NCBI GenBank assembly: GCA_010909165.1
Contig: MU008167.1
Location: forward strand, 620,001 to 684,000
Source: Anthoceros angustus
Taxonomy: Eukaryota; Plantae; Anthocerotophyta
Reading direction: 5' to 3'
DNA: 64,000 nucleotides
Positions 37,360 through 49,910 of this stretch are shown here, piece after piece (position 1 is the stretch's first letter; the number at the start of each line of letters is the position of its first letter). The position numbers were made by a program, and so were the translations under genes. The notes under the pieces were generated by a model that was given only the letters and a program-made list of their open reading frames with translations, made no database searches and had not been told where the DNA came from.

Positions 37360-39918
37360 TGTTGGCGGAGACGCCAATAGATGAGAAGGGAGTATGTGGG
37401 CTATGCACTCGGGAGTTAAGAAATAAGTAGGGTTTCGCTTTTTAGGATTGAAGGATAAATAAGGCGGAAAAGGAGGAATAAATTGGGGTAGCGCCGGACG
37501 AGGCTCGGAGTATACTCCGGACTGGAGTGAACAACGGACCCGCACTATGGCAAGCTCCGGACTACGCCGAGTAACGGATAAGTCCGGAACCCACTCAAAA
37601 TAGGATAAGTACGCCAGAAAGTAACCTAGGAGCGAGGCGTGAGGATGACGGCGGCGCCACGTGGACGGCCCCGAGTGGAGGTCGGGCATGCGAGGTCGAC
37701 TGTAACCTTGCAGGCCGTTATAAGGTATTCACGCCCGCGCCGGCGGCGCGCAGTAAGCGAGCGTAGGGTCGAGTAAGCCATGCACTCGCGCTACGGACAA
37801 CGAAGAGGCGCCTTCCGCCCAGCATTACTTCCGCCAAGGAGGGAGGTCACCGCGCAGCCTCGCAATCCTCACACCTTGCGCCCGCAATCCGGCTCTGGCG
37901 CTATCTTTTGGGCGGGCCAGAGCGCATCAAGGTTGGAGCAACAACGCGGGCGAGGAACATCGTGCCGCCGGACTCGCCAGAAACAAGAGGAGGAGAAAGC
38001 AATGGCACCCAAAAGCCGACGGAACTGGGAGCCATGGACCCTCGTGGAGCGCAACATTGTGACCCGCGCTATCCGGACTTCGGGCCGGAGGAAGCAGGGA
38101 ATTGGTGGGGAGTGGCATCTGACGTGTTCCAAATGGTCTGACCTTTGACGCTACTCTAGTCCGGAGTTTGCCCGAAGATGCCGGCGGCGATCAACAAGGA
38201 GGTCCGATCCAAGAACCTCCGGAGGAGGAGGCGATGGACCTTGAGGTCCCGAGGATGGCCTACAACCGCCCAAGGAGGAAGAAGGGGCGTGGTGCCGAGC
38301 CCCTTAAGGCGAAGGGAAGATAGGGCCACCCGCCGGGCGGCGTCGAGGCTCGAACGCGGACAACCAACGGATGGTTGATATCCGATCCCGGATCGAGTAA
38401 GGCGGTAGCCCGGATCATTGTCCATTGAACTCGCCACCAAGGTGGATCACCTTGGTGATAACCTGCTGGTATTCTGCATGCGCTCGGTGGGAAGAGAGCG
38501 ACCGGGGAAGGATTATCTTCGCCGCTGGGCCAGAGGCAAGCTAAGGAGCGAAGCCTCGCTTATCGGCCGACATACCCGATTCATGTATGGGGACATTTCG
38601 AGCTCTGAAGGAGGGAGAGCAACGGGCGCCCTGGCCGGAGGAGGCCCCTGTAAGTAGAGCGTGCAAGGGCGCCTGAGGTGGGGGTCGCCCTTCAAGACCA
38701 AGCGGACTCGGGAGGAGGACGATCGAGGATTCCGACTCCATACGTGAGCGAACCCCTCACCACCTGTGGAAGTTTGGGAGGCGATTCCCCTTCCCTCCTT
38801 TTGGTGCCCCTCCGGAGGAGGAGATGGAGGGAGCCGATGCCGAGGGCGGCCCGCACCGGCAGACAGCCCAACAACCACGACGGCCCCGAGCCCCGACGAA
38901 CTCAACGGAGCAAGAGGCGGAAGACGGTGCCGCTTACCAACGCAGACCGGGTGCCGGATTCTTACCCCGCCCACGGAGTGGCAAGAGGTCAAGAGGCGGT
39001 AAGGAGGCGAAGGGACGTGGCCCAAGGAGGGAGGTCACCGGGCAGCAGCCCCACCTCGAGCCGGTCCTGCCCCCGATGTGAAGGGGCAAAAGAGCTTGCT
39101 CCCGACCCCTCACCTCCGAGCCCCGGAGAAAGAGGGCACAAAGGAGTTAGAGGCCAAGAGGGCCAAAGAGGGTGAGACCACCACCGTGACCCGAGGGTCC
39201 CGATTAGGTCCGAGAACCCCCGACTTACTCCGGATCGGGTATGGAGGTCCTTGGCGGATCGAGAAATGCCGGCCCCACTACGGACTTTGGGGGCCTCACT
39301 CCGGCCGTGGAAGAAACACGGCGAAGTCCTGCTACCGCCATGGACGGAATGCTTTGGGGTCTCACAATGGAGAAGACCTGTGAAGTGGAGGCCACCCGAG
39401 GAGGATGGTGGAACCCAAGAGCAAGTGAAGGCGGCCGAGGGGCAAGGCGGAGTCCCTCGCTCGGATCGAGGAGGAGGAGATGGAGGCCACCCGAGGAGGA
39501 GGAGATGGAGGCCACCCGAGGAGGAGATGGAGGCCACCCGAGGAGGGAGAGCTTGAGCAGGCTCGGGAGGAGGAGGCCCAAGCGGGCGGAGGACCTTGCA
39601 GCGAAGGGGGGAAGCGCAGAGGCGGAAGAGGCCCGGCACAAGCAGAGAGTCGACCGGCGGAGGCGGCTGCCAGAGTAGCCAAGGGGCGAAGCCTGTAAAG
39701 GCGGCTAAGGAGTCAAGTCAAAGAGCGACCGGGATCACTATGACGGATCGAACCGGTGGAGAGAGTCAACAAGAAATGAGGTTAACTCAAGGCGTGACAA
39801 AGTGCTATGGAGCAAGGGCCACCAAGGAGGAGGAGATGGAGGCCGCACTCGGGAGATAGGAGATCTCCAGCATACCGCAGGAAGTAGAGGAGACGCGACA
39901 GATGGAGGACAAGAAGGA

Positions 39919-42900
39919 TGCTACTCCAAATGGACACTGTCTGGTGAATTCCTCAACGGCCCAACTAGTTACCGTAGATCGTGAATTGCTAGTACTAGTA
40001 ATTATTTAACGGTGTGCCTCTTCGGAAGAGACACCCACAAACACTATTTAAGACGACTTTGTATACATTTTGACATAGAGAGAATACCACAAAATATCTT
40101 CGAGAATGTAGCATCTCAATCATGCTAGACTAGATGCAAGGGATGCACAATCCACCGCTAGGATTTTAACATGGTATCGAGCATGGTTCACGCTTATGAT
40201 CCTCACAGTCTAGGGAGATGGAGGCCACCCGAGGAGGCGGCCCATCGTGAAGCTCTCAACATGGAGAGCGCTGGTCGCAAAACCAAGGCACATGGCCTCG
40301 ACGAAGAATGACCCACGAGCCATAGCCCAGGCACGCCGTGAGGCTCCATCGCTGCGCCAGCCCCACCACCGCAGCGCAAGTGAGATGATTTCTTCACAAT
40401 TTCTACCACCGGCACTCGATCCGACTGCAAGCTTGGACCTCGGCCCCACCAATTACACGCAAGACAACATGATCTTGTGAATTCCATCAATAGGCTGGAA
40501 TTCAACAAACTACACGAGAATTGAAGTCCTCCCTCCGCCGGATTGAAGCTATCTTGGTGCGGTGCTCCGCTTGTTGCAGGCACACGAAAATCGAGATTTG
40601 GCCAGCAATTGCGGGCGGGAGGAGGCAATCCTTGCCTCCTCACCCCAGCCGCGAAAGAGAGGCAGCGCCCTCACCTCAGGGTGAACGGCGCGCTCCACAG
40701 ACCCCATTTAGGGTGTGCATGCAGGCAATGCGGCCGAGGCGCTGTACCCTGCCTGATTGCGCACACCGTGCGCCGCGTGGCGCTCCGGTTGCGGGCGCAG
40801 GAGGTGCCTGGCGGGGCGACCTCACCTCTGAAACCGCAGCGCTGAATCGTGCCCGGAGCACGGTGGGCAGGGTGCGTGGGAGGCGCACCGCGAGGATCCC
40901 CGGGCGCTGGTGCGCGTCAGAGCCACGGCCGAAACGGCGTGGTAACCCCCGCGCCCAGGCGGAACAGCGCGCAGGGGCGCGCCCGCACGGAACGGCGCGA
41001 CCCGGCGGAACGGGCGCGCCCGCTCCCGCGCGGAACGGGCCTCCCCCCGCTTATCCCCCCACTGGTTTCTTTTTCAAAAAAAGGTTTCCTCTGAGGCTTG
41101 CAGGTTTTGAACCTGCGACCTCCACCTGCTAGGTCAATGGACTAGCCACCAGACTAACCTGTCTTGGTTACAATTGCACGGTTTTCACTTCTACTTAAAG
41201 AGTTTCAAAGTGGCATATATATGTATCTCTACACATATATATTCACCTGAAATATAAAGGCATATAGCGGAGCCAAAAAAAAAAAAAAAGGACAAAGGAG
41301 CAAGGAAGCAAGCCCCGGTGGAACCAGGAAAAAAAAAAGAAGAAAGTGGAGAGAAGTTAAAAGCAAGAGAGGGATATTGTTTTCTTCAAGGATCTTTTAT
41401 CGGCATTCGTGGAGAGAGATTCCTTTGTTCACCTGCCACACCAACAACCCAGCGAGGATTCAACTTGAAGTTTTATGACCACAACTTACGAGGCGTGTGA
41501 ATCAACATACAACACTTCAACTCGCTTTCGCTCGCTCCCATGGCTAGCGATGCTTCCTCCCCAATGGGAGTAGTACCGTCTTCACCGACCCGGATCAAAG
41601 AAAGATAGATTCAATGGCCAACACTACCACATGTGGCGAGTTCGCATGAAGTCCATCTTGATAGGTCGAGGTGTTTGGAAGATTGTTGGCGGCACCCTTA
41701 GAAGCCTAACTCTTCAGCCACACCTCCCCCGTCAATCGCTGATATTGAACGATGGGACTACTTGAATGGGATTGCAATTGCCCTCCTCATGACGGACTCG
41801 ACTCAAGCACGGTGCCTGGCGTGGAGTTCCTCACGGACCGCAATCTGGGACCGGTTGTCTAACACCTACAATGTTAACAATGTTCTAACCTTGTATTATA
41901 CGGCGAATTCAACTCCTTGAGGATGAAGGAGGCCGCGATTTACGCCCACACCTCGAAGTTCGGGGCAGTGCGAGGGCAACTCGCCTCCTTGGCTCAACCA
42001 TGTCGGAGACCGATGCAGCAGCAACTGCTAATGAGCTTACCACCGTCTTACCACAACCGTGACCAGCTGATGTTGGTATCGACTCATGGTAAGTCGGTAC
42101 ACCCTCCACCCTCACGGTGGAAGATATTATTGGTGCTCTGTATGTCGAGGCGGGCCCGCCTCAGGAGGGTCCAAGCCCGATGCGGGCGCTCACCATTTCA
42201 AGCCGGAGGAATTGAAGGGCAAGGCGAACTCACTAAAGGTGACTCAACCTCTGCCCTCCTCGTGGGGAGGCCTTGGGGCAGCCATTGGGCACGAGTGCCG
42301 CAAGAAAGAGGAGAAGAGGGCGACGCGTCAGGTGGCATTCTTGAGGGAGGCGCCAGACAGCGGAGGCAAGCCGTAAAGATACTTATGGTTTGCCTCAACA
42401 GAGTTGCATAAGGATGCGGGGTGGTATCACAGACGGAGCCACCGCCCACGTATGCACAACAGTACTCTGTTCACCAAGTGAATACTCATCCTCTCAAGGA
42501 AAGGGTGTTACTCGGTGATGAATTGAGTAGATCTAGCACGCCAATCGTGGGACAAGGCACTTGAATTTCCTCTCAAGGATGGTTGGTGCCTTGGAGAACT
42601 GTGCTCCTCGTCCCATAAATGGGCAAGAACTTGATCTCGATGACTCATTTCTTGAAGCAAGCGATCTTGAGATGCTTGTTTCAAGGGGTCATGCTACTTC
42701 TTGAGGACCACAAGTCATTGTGCCTAATCGGTCTGGTACCCCAAGGCGGCTTATCAGGCTTTTTAGCCTTGGAGGGGCGCACCAAAGAGGAGCATCGCTC
42801 CATGGGAGATAGCTCCCATTCATGCAGAGTTAAACGTCCGACAGAGGAGTGTTACGAAATGGATAATCGTAACCTCGCCGTCCAACAGATTCTAGTAGCT

Positions 42901-43082
42901 AATGGTAATTAGTAATTCTGAGCAGGTGTGCCTCTTGGAAGAGACACCCACAAACACTATTTAAGGAAGACGTACTTTGTATACATTTTGACATAGAGAA
43001 TACCACAAAATATCTTGAGAATGTAGCATCTCAATCATGCTAGACTAGATGCAAGGGATGCACAATCCTCTAGATTTTAACA
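39919..43082 (+). mobile_element. Non-autonomous Ty1/Copia element (GAG + protease only, TR-GAG-like), ~240-bp LTRs, 5-bp TSD AAGGA
   Basis: LTRs 39919-40171 and 42850-43082 (TG...TTTTAACA). PBS TGGTATC(A)GAGC at 40172 (iMet type). Gag remnants (FNGQHYHMW, QLLMSLPPSY, GH..ECRKK) and protease-like GATAHVC. AAGGA at 39914-39918 and 43083-43087. Confidence 0.85.
41092..41160 (-). other. tRNA-derived segment (pol III A/B boxes, intact T-arm) within the Copia leader, antisense
   Basis: Minus strand TAGTCTGGTGG (A-box-like) ... TCCAT/GTGGA stem ... GCAGG-TTCAAAA-CCTGC (T-arm/B-box). Acceptor stem does not pair. Confidence 0.55.
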
Positions 43083-43762
43083 AAGGACACTGGAGCTACA
43101 ACTCCAAGATGCGTCGAGCAAAGCGGCGGGTGATTCTCAGCGAGAATCCACGACCCACGGCACGAGATAGAGTGCCTCGGCTCTCCGTGCGAGGCGGAGG
43201 AAAATCGGCGACTATCGAGGAGTTGGGCGTTGCCGGGGCTACGAAGGGGAGGTCGGAGTCGGACGGAGTGTCGACCGCTTTGGAGAGGGCGGGCCGGGCA
43301 GGAATGAGCGGAGGCGCGAGCCAGGCGAGAAAAGGCTGGTCCGGTGAGAAAGGCGGAAGGAGCAGCTGCGCTATGGCGGAATGGCGATGGAGAAGCAGCG
43401 GAGGCGAGCGAGGAGGCGAGCGAGGAGGCGGCGGAGGCGAGGCCGCCCTTAGCCTCGCGTGATCTGACCGGCTCCAGTCAAATCTGGCGGAGAGGTGGCC
43501 CAACAAGCGGCGCCCGACTCCGGAACACTTATGGCGGAGGGAGTATCGGGTGCTCGGGCACTGCGTGGAAGAGAGCAATTCAACAAGTCGATTCGGACTT
43601 TGCCTATTACCACGAGCTCTGAAGGCGATGAAGCCTCTCGGCGCAGCAAGGGCCGGACCCCTGGAAGGCTCGGAAGGAGATGAAGGCCACGGGGGCGGCC
43701 ACGAGGACCCTAGTGGCCTGTTTGGAGATAGCTCCCATTCATGAGTTCGTCCGACAGAGGAG

Positions 43763-44000
43763 TGTTACGAAATGGATAATCGTGTAACCTCGCCGTCCAA
43801 CTAGTTACCGTGAATCGTAACTAAGAGTAATTAGTAATTCTGACGGGTGTGCCTCTTGGAAGAGACACCCACAAACACTATTTAAGACGTACTTTGTATA
43901 CATTTTGACATAGAGAATACCACAAAATATCTTGAGAATGTAGCATCTCAATCATGCTAGACTAGATGCAAGGGATGCACAATCCTCTGAGGATTTAACA
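43763..44000 (+). repeat. Third Copia LTR copy from a tandem duplication of ~42805-43720
   Basis: TGTTACGAAATGG...GATTTAACA with the same upstream ggagatagctcccattcatg and the same downstream host sequence as 42850-43082. Confidence 0.85.
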
Positions 44001-45965
44001 AGGACCTGGAGCTACAACTCCAAGATGCGTCGGAGGCGGTGATTCTCAGCGAGAATCCACGACCCGAACGAAATAGAGTGCCTCGGCTCCGTCACGAAGG
44101 CGGAGGAAAATCGGCGACTATCGAGGTTGGGCGTTGCGAGCTCTGAAGGAGGCGGAGGAAGTCAGGAGTCGGACGGTACGACCGCTGGAGGAGGGAGGGC
44201 TAACGGCGAATGAGCGGAGGAGGCGCGAGCAGGCGAGAAAAAGCTGTAGTCCGGTGAGAAAGGCGGAGGAAGGAGCGCTATAGTGGTGGCAATGGAGGAA
44301 GCAGCGGAGGCTGGGCGGGTGGAACAGGTGTGCAGGAGGTGAGGCCGCCTTGTAGCCTCGCGTGATCTGACCGGCTCAATCAAATCTGGCGGAGAGGTGG
44401 CCCAACAAGCGGCCTTGACTCCGGAACACTTATGGCGGAGGGAGTATCGGGTGCTCGGGCACCGTGGAAGAGCAATTCAACAAGTCGATTGAGACTTTGC
44501 CTATTACCGAGCTCTGAGGCGATGAGAAACCTCGGCCTTGCATGCAAATGGGCCGGACCCCTGGAAGGCTCGAGGAAGGAGATGAAGGCCACAGGGGCCA
44601 CAGGGGACCCTAGTAGCCCTGTTTGAAGATAATGAAGGAGGCGGCGGAGAGGAGCAGCGGAGGCGAGCGAGGAGGCGGCGGATCGGCGAGGTAAGCACCC
44701 GCACCTCACCATGGAAGGAGGGGCCAGCGAAGGAGTCACTTGAGGCGATCGGGAACAAATGGAAGGACTTCGAGGGAGAGCCACGGAGGAGTCCGTGAGG
44801 GAGGAAACCCGGGTGGGCGTGAGTCGGACTTTGTCCGGACCCAGGCCGGACCACAAGTCCGGACCCAGGCCGGACCACGAGTCCGGACCCAGGCCGGACC
44901 ACGAGTCCGGACCACGAGGTCCGGACCCAGGCCGGACCACGAGGTCCGGACCCAGCCGGGCCGACCTCAATAAGCCGGACTCCCGGGTTCGGAGTCGAGA
45001 CAGACCTCGAGGACCCACCGCAAGGCAAGAGGAGGAGCCCCTTCGACTTACGCTTAGGGGAGCGGGTGGGGCCCCACCGGGCAAGGACCTGTGGGAGGCC
45101 AGGGAGGATGACGCCGGTAACGGGCGGTTGTCGACGAGCTCCAACCGATGTGATTCCGGGAGAGAGGAGGCCGCCTCACGGATCATCCGATTGGGTGCGC
45201 CACAACCGCCGTGGACGGGATTGACCACCCATCCCGAGGCGGGCCTGTGACCTTCCCACTACGGGCGTAAGGAGATAGGGGAGGAATAGGATGGTAGGTG
45301 GCGATTAGGGTATACCGAAATGGCTATTCAATAGGGGTGTAATAAAGACGCTTAGGTATGATGCTCTGGGCTCTAGTAAAGCATCTTTCTCTTGGTGTTG
45401 ATGCGCGTTCTTGCGGACCTTTGTGAGTCTTCTTGCTAACGTGAGTCTGAGTCACGGCGAGCCGGCACTCGGGAGATTGATCAAGGTCCGGTGGCGGACT
45501 TAGCAGCGTTGTGGTGTGTGCGAGGAAGGGTGATCGGTGACTGCTGCTTCGGCCCTCGGAGCCGCCCCGACCGAACGGATCGAACGCGGTGAGCCGGAGG
45601 AACTCGGGAGGGTGTAGAGCCGGACGGAGGCCGCCTCACCATGGAAGGAGGCGGAGGAGGTCCCGATCACAGAACCTGCGGCTTTTTCTAAGATCAAGAG
45701 TGGAGTAGCGTGAGGGAGAGAGGAAGGACTGGATGCGTGAGGGATGTATGTGAACGATACGGACGCGAACGGGTCTCAAACGCTGGCCATACTGGCCTCA
45801 GTAATGGTGAAGAGTAGTTAGGAGTATGTGTGTGTTGAGTCAACCAGCGCTAAGGGCAGTAGGAATCACCAAACGTAAACGGAGCCTATCATTCCCTTGG
45901 GAGCGGACTTCTTCCTACAACGATATGATGCGCGCTACTGGGCTACATCAAGAAGTCCCGCGACA

Positions 45966-48385
45966 ATTGCGCCAAGCACCGCCTCGCAGAGTAATGCATT
46001 TTGCCGGAAGAAAGCCACCTGATGAAAGAGGAGACCTACCCGTTTCCGCGGATGTAGTATGCTTTAGCAACAAACCTCAAGAAGTCCTTGCCCATGGCCC
46101 CTTGTGTCCGAATAGCAAGGGAATGAAAGCATGGCCTTCCTTTATGGGGTGTACCTATGAACCTTGGCCGTAGCTCATCAATGGCCCAACCTAGAGGGTT
46201 GATGATGATAGTCGCAGACGCAGATCCTTTTGGTAGGGTCTCATGTCCATATGCAATAGAGACTTTGTCCTCCGGGTTAGAAATAGGCCAGCCTAAGAAA
46301 AGCGTCGTTAGACAAAGTACATGGGTGCTCGGAAAGGAAAGAAAAGCAGCTCTCCACAGCAATGGAGAATATGGCGTCTCGGACTCGTTATGTATGGCAA
46401 TCGGTGCCCACCTATTGGACAACGAGCTAAGAGGGTCCCAAAGGTCGTCGGGAGGCGCGGTAAATCATGAGAGAACAGGCCGGAGGTTGGACCAAGCTCA
46501 CGCGGAATCTCATCGCGGCGGTGTGAATCAGGAAGGCTGGATGCAAGGTCGGGCTGAAGCCCCGACTCTAAACCCTTTCTAGAACAAGAGCGGAGGCGAG
46601 CTCAGTGGGTTGAGCAATGGAAGAATCCAAAAGAAGGGCTGCTTGCTTATAGTGTTTCTCACGGAGAAGGCTTGAAGCCACGACTCTAAACCCTTTCTAG
46701 AACAAGAGGCGGAGGCGAGCGAGGAAAAGAGGCATAACTTCCCTAGCTTGAGGGATAAAAAGGTCTGACCTCAAAGACACATGGGAGAAAAACCCCTCCT
46801 CTCCACACATGAAAGAGGGAGACCTACCCTGTTCTTGCGGATGTAGTATGCTTTAGCAAATAAACCTCAAGAAGTCCTTGCCCATGGCCCCGTGTGTCTG
46901 AATAGCAAGGGGAATGAAAGCATGGCCTTCCTTTATGGGGGTGTACCTATGAACCTTGGCCGTAGCTCATCCCTGAGCTGCCCAACCTAGAGGGTTGATG
47001 ATGACAAGTCGCAGACGGTATCCCGAGTAGGGTCTGTTACAACCACATATGCAATAGAGACTTTGTCCTCCCGGGTTAGAAATAGGCCAGCCCTAAGAAA
47101 AACGTCGTTAGACAAAGTACATGGGTGCTCGGAAAGGAAAAGAAAAGCAGCTCTCCACAGCAATGGAGAATATGGCGTCTCGGACTCGTTATGTATGGCA
47201 ATCGGTGCCCACCTATTGGACAACGAGCTAAGAGGGTCCCAAAGGTCGTCGGGAGGCGCGGTAAATCATGAGAGAACAGGCCGGAGGTTGGACCAAGCTC
47301 ACGCGGAATCTCATCGCGGCGGTGTGAATCAGGAAGGCTGGATGCAAGGTCGGGCTGAAGCCCCGACTCTAAACCCTTTCTAGAACAAGAGCGGAGGCGA
47401 GCTCAGTGGGTTGAGCAATGGAAGAATCCAAAGAAGGGCTGCTTGCTTATAGTGTTTCTCACGGAGAAGGCTTGAAGCCACGAAACCATCTGAGGAGCGA
47501 GGAAAAGAGGCATAACTTCCCTAGCTTGAGAGGATAAAGGCCCACGGCTGACCTCAAAGACACATGGGAGAAAAACCCCTCCTCTCCACACATGAAAGAG
47601 GAGACCTACCATTCTTGCGGATGTAGTATGCTTTAGCAAATAAACCTCAAGAAGTCCTTGCCCATGGCCCGTGTGTCCGAATAGCAAGGGAATGAAAGCA
47701 TGGCCTTCCTTTATGGGGGTGTACCTATGAACCTTGGCCGTAGCTCATCCCTGAGCTGCCCAACCTAGAGGGTTGATGATAATAGTCATGACGGTATCCG
47801 GTAGGGTACAACCACATATGCAATAGAGACTTTGTCCTCCCGGGTTAGAAATAGGCCAGCCCTAAGAAAAACGTCGTTAGACAAAGTACATGGGTGCTCC
47901 CAGAAAGGAAAGAAACCGCTCTCCCTGGCAATGGAGAATATGACGTCTCGGACTACGTTATGTATAGCAATGCGGTGCCCACCTATTGGACAACGAGCTA
48001 AGAGGGTCCCAAAGGTCGTCGAGAGGGGCGCCGCAGCTGTAAATCATGAGAGAACAGGCCGGAGGTTGGACCAAGCTCACGCGGAATCTCATCGCGGCCG
48101 GTGTGAATCAGAAGGCCTGGATGCAAGGTCGGGCTAGAAGCCACGACTCTAAACCCTTTCTAGAACAAGAGCGGAGACGAGCTCGAGTGGGTTGAGCAAT
48201 GGAAGAATCCAAAAGAAGGGCCTGCTGCACCTGCTTATAGTGTTTCTCCTGGAGAAAGGCTTGAAGCCCACGAAAACCATCTGCAGGGAACGAGGAAAAA
48301 GAAGGCATAACTTCCCTAGCTTGAGAGGATAAAAGGCCCCTGGCTGACCTCAAAGACACCTGTAGGAGAAAAACCCCCTCCTCTA
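45966..48385 (-). mobile_element. CRE-like non-LTR retrotransposon C-terminal region as ~3 tandem ~785-bp units
   Basis: RARLRSCSRKGLESWLLARP; YSCGAPLDD..CPIGGHRIAIHNVVRD (zinc knuckle); GLFLTREDKVSIAYVVVTDPT..GWAA..AKVHRY..FIPLAI..G (REL endonuclease). Anchor tgaaagag.gagacctacc recurs at ~46023, 46810, 47592. Confidence 0.8.
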
Positions 48386-48419
48386 CACCTGAGACGAATC
48401 CCTCTAAAATGCAGGAATC

Positions 48420-49910
48420 CCTTATTAGAAAGCGAGAGGCCAAGGTAGGCGGGGGGACTTCAAGAAAAGGCCGCGTGTGAGGCCTCTGGCCAATAGACAG
48501 CCACCTTCAAACACGCACGGGGCGGCTCGTGGAATTACGGTGATCCATATGGCGAGGCTGCGAGATATGGCGTGGCGAGGCGGCGGCCGCGGCAAAGTCT
48601 TGGTCCACCTCTGGCCCGCGTTCGCCTGACCACGAGGCATGGCCCAGTGAGGCGCGGCGCGTTCGCCCGCTGCAGCAGCAAGAGTCTCCTGTGGCCCGAG
48701 AGGCCGTGCGCAGCCAGCGCATGGCGCTTATCACGCCAGCGATAAGCGCGGCGCGAGCCCAGCAGAACGCAGCGATGGCCGTCTTGGTGATCTTGCTTAT
48801 GTAACGCGAAGCCCCGAGCCGGGGCGGTGGCAGTGGCCAGCAGACTCAGCCTTAAGCGCGGCGCAAGCATGGTAGCGGCCAGTAGCGTTATAATGGCGAG
48901 TCACGCGAGGCCAGCGCCGTAAGTGACGGAAGCAAATGGGCGTAATCCGCAGAAATAATCGCGGGTCTTGAATCTTTGGCCAGCCCGGCGAGTGTCGCGA
49001 AATAATCGCGGAATACTCGATGGAAACGCGAGCAATACCACGGGCGCCGGTGGTGAGACCCGCAGCGGTGGGACCCTCAAGTTTGGGATTCGCGTCGTTG
49101 AGAGATTTCAACTCACGGTGACCGGCGGAACAAGTGAGCCCGCGAGAGGCGGTGCATGCGGGCGACGAAGACAAGGCATAATTACCACAACGGTAACTTA
49201 CAGTTTCTACATTACAAAAATAATTTTTGACTTTTCTGACAAGGCGAGTCGAGTGTTTCATCTATATCGATTTTTGAATCATGATGTCTTCATCATCAGA
49301 AAACGTCATGTTCAATATCGAGAAGTTAGATGGTAATAACTTTTCGTTCTTGAAAGAACAAGTGTATAATGTTCTAGCGCAGAAAAAGCAGATCAAGCCC
49401 ATAAAGCTATTAGGCGTCAAACCAGATAGTATGACACAGGATGAGTGGCAGGACCTGAATGAGCTTGCTAGATCTACTATCATGCTAACATTGTCAAAAG
49501 CGATTATTGCTATGTGAAGATAAGACCACAAGTTCTGAGCATGGCGGTACATCCTTTGTATGAGAAGCAAAGTGCGGCTTCTCGTGTATTGGTTAAAGCA
49601 GTTGGTGGACTTGAGATGAAGGAAGGGACGAGGATGTCCGATTATTTGAATGATTTCAATACCATTTTCAGGACTCTCATCTCAAAAGTTGCATTCCACG
49701 GTTAGCCAGAGTATGTTTTGATGGTCACATTACGGAGAGTTGGGACACCTTTTCGGCTACAGTAGTGCCTTTGCTAGTGGCCTTACCATTGTAAATATAG
49801 AAGGTAGCCTGTTAACTGAGGAGGTGAATAGGAAAAATATGGAACCTTCCAAACGTTCCAGTGCCCTCATAGTGAGAGGGAGGTCCACTGCGAATGGGAA
49901 GCAACCAGAC
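48420..49910 (+). mobile_element. Truncated Ty1/Copia (Tnt1/Tork-like) gag fragment with GC-rich leader
   Basis: 49281-49900: FNIEKLDGNNFSF.KEQV..LAQKKQ, EWQDLNELARSTIMLTLS, LYEKQSAASRV, MKEGTRMSDYLNDFN, LLTEEVNRK, ALIVRGRS. Frameshifted; no LTR identified. Confidence 0.75.

Larger units (their letters stand above)
12610..45965 (+). mobile_element. Tandem Ty3/Gypsy (non-chromovirus, Athila/Tat-related) LTR retrotransposon block: LTR1-internal-LTR2-internal-LTR3
   Basis: Outer ends TGTCGCGGG (12610) and CCCGCGACA (45965) are inverted repeats. Two gag-PR-RT-RH-INT internal regions. PBS after LTR1 and LTR2, PPT before LTR2 and LTR3. Confidence 0.9.
37395..45965 (+). repeat. Gypsy LTR3, interrupted by a Copia element and a local duplication
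   Basis: Starts TGT after the PPT, host LTR sequence resumes at 43083, GTCCGGAC array at ~44825-44990, ends CCCGCGACA with no PBS following. Confidence 0.8.

Noticed and set aside
41092-41160. Functional tRNA gene
   Set aside because: Acceptor stem does not pair and the anticodon loop is non-canonical; kept only as tRNA-derived.
12814-45900. Dozens of 60-280 aa ORFs on both strands as separate genes
   Set aside because: They are frameshift fragments or antisense shadows of Gypsy gag-pol, the LTR ORF and the Copia leader.
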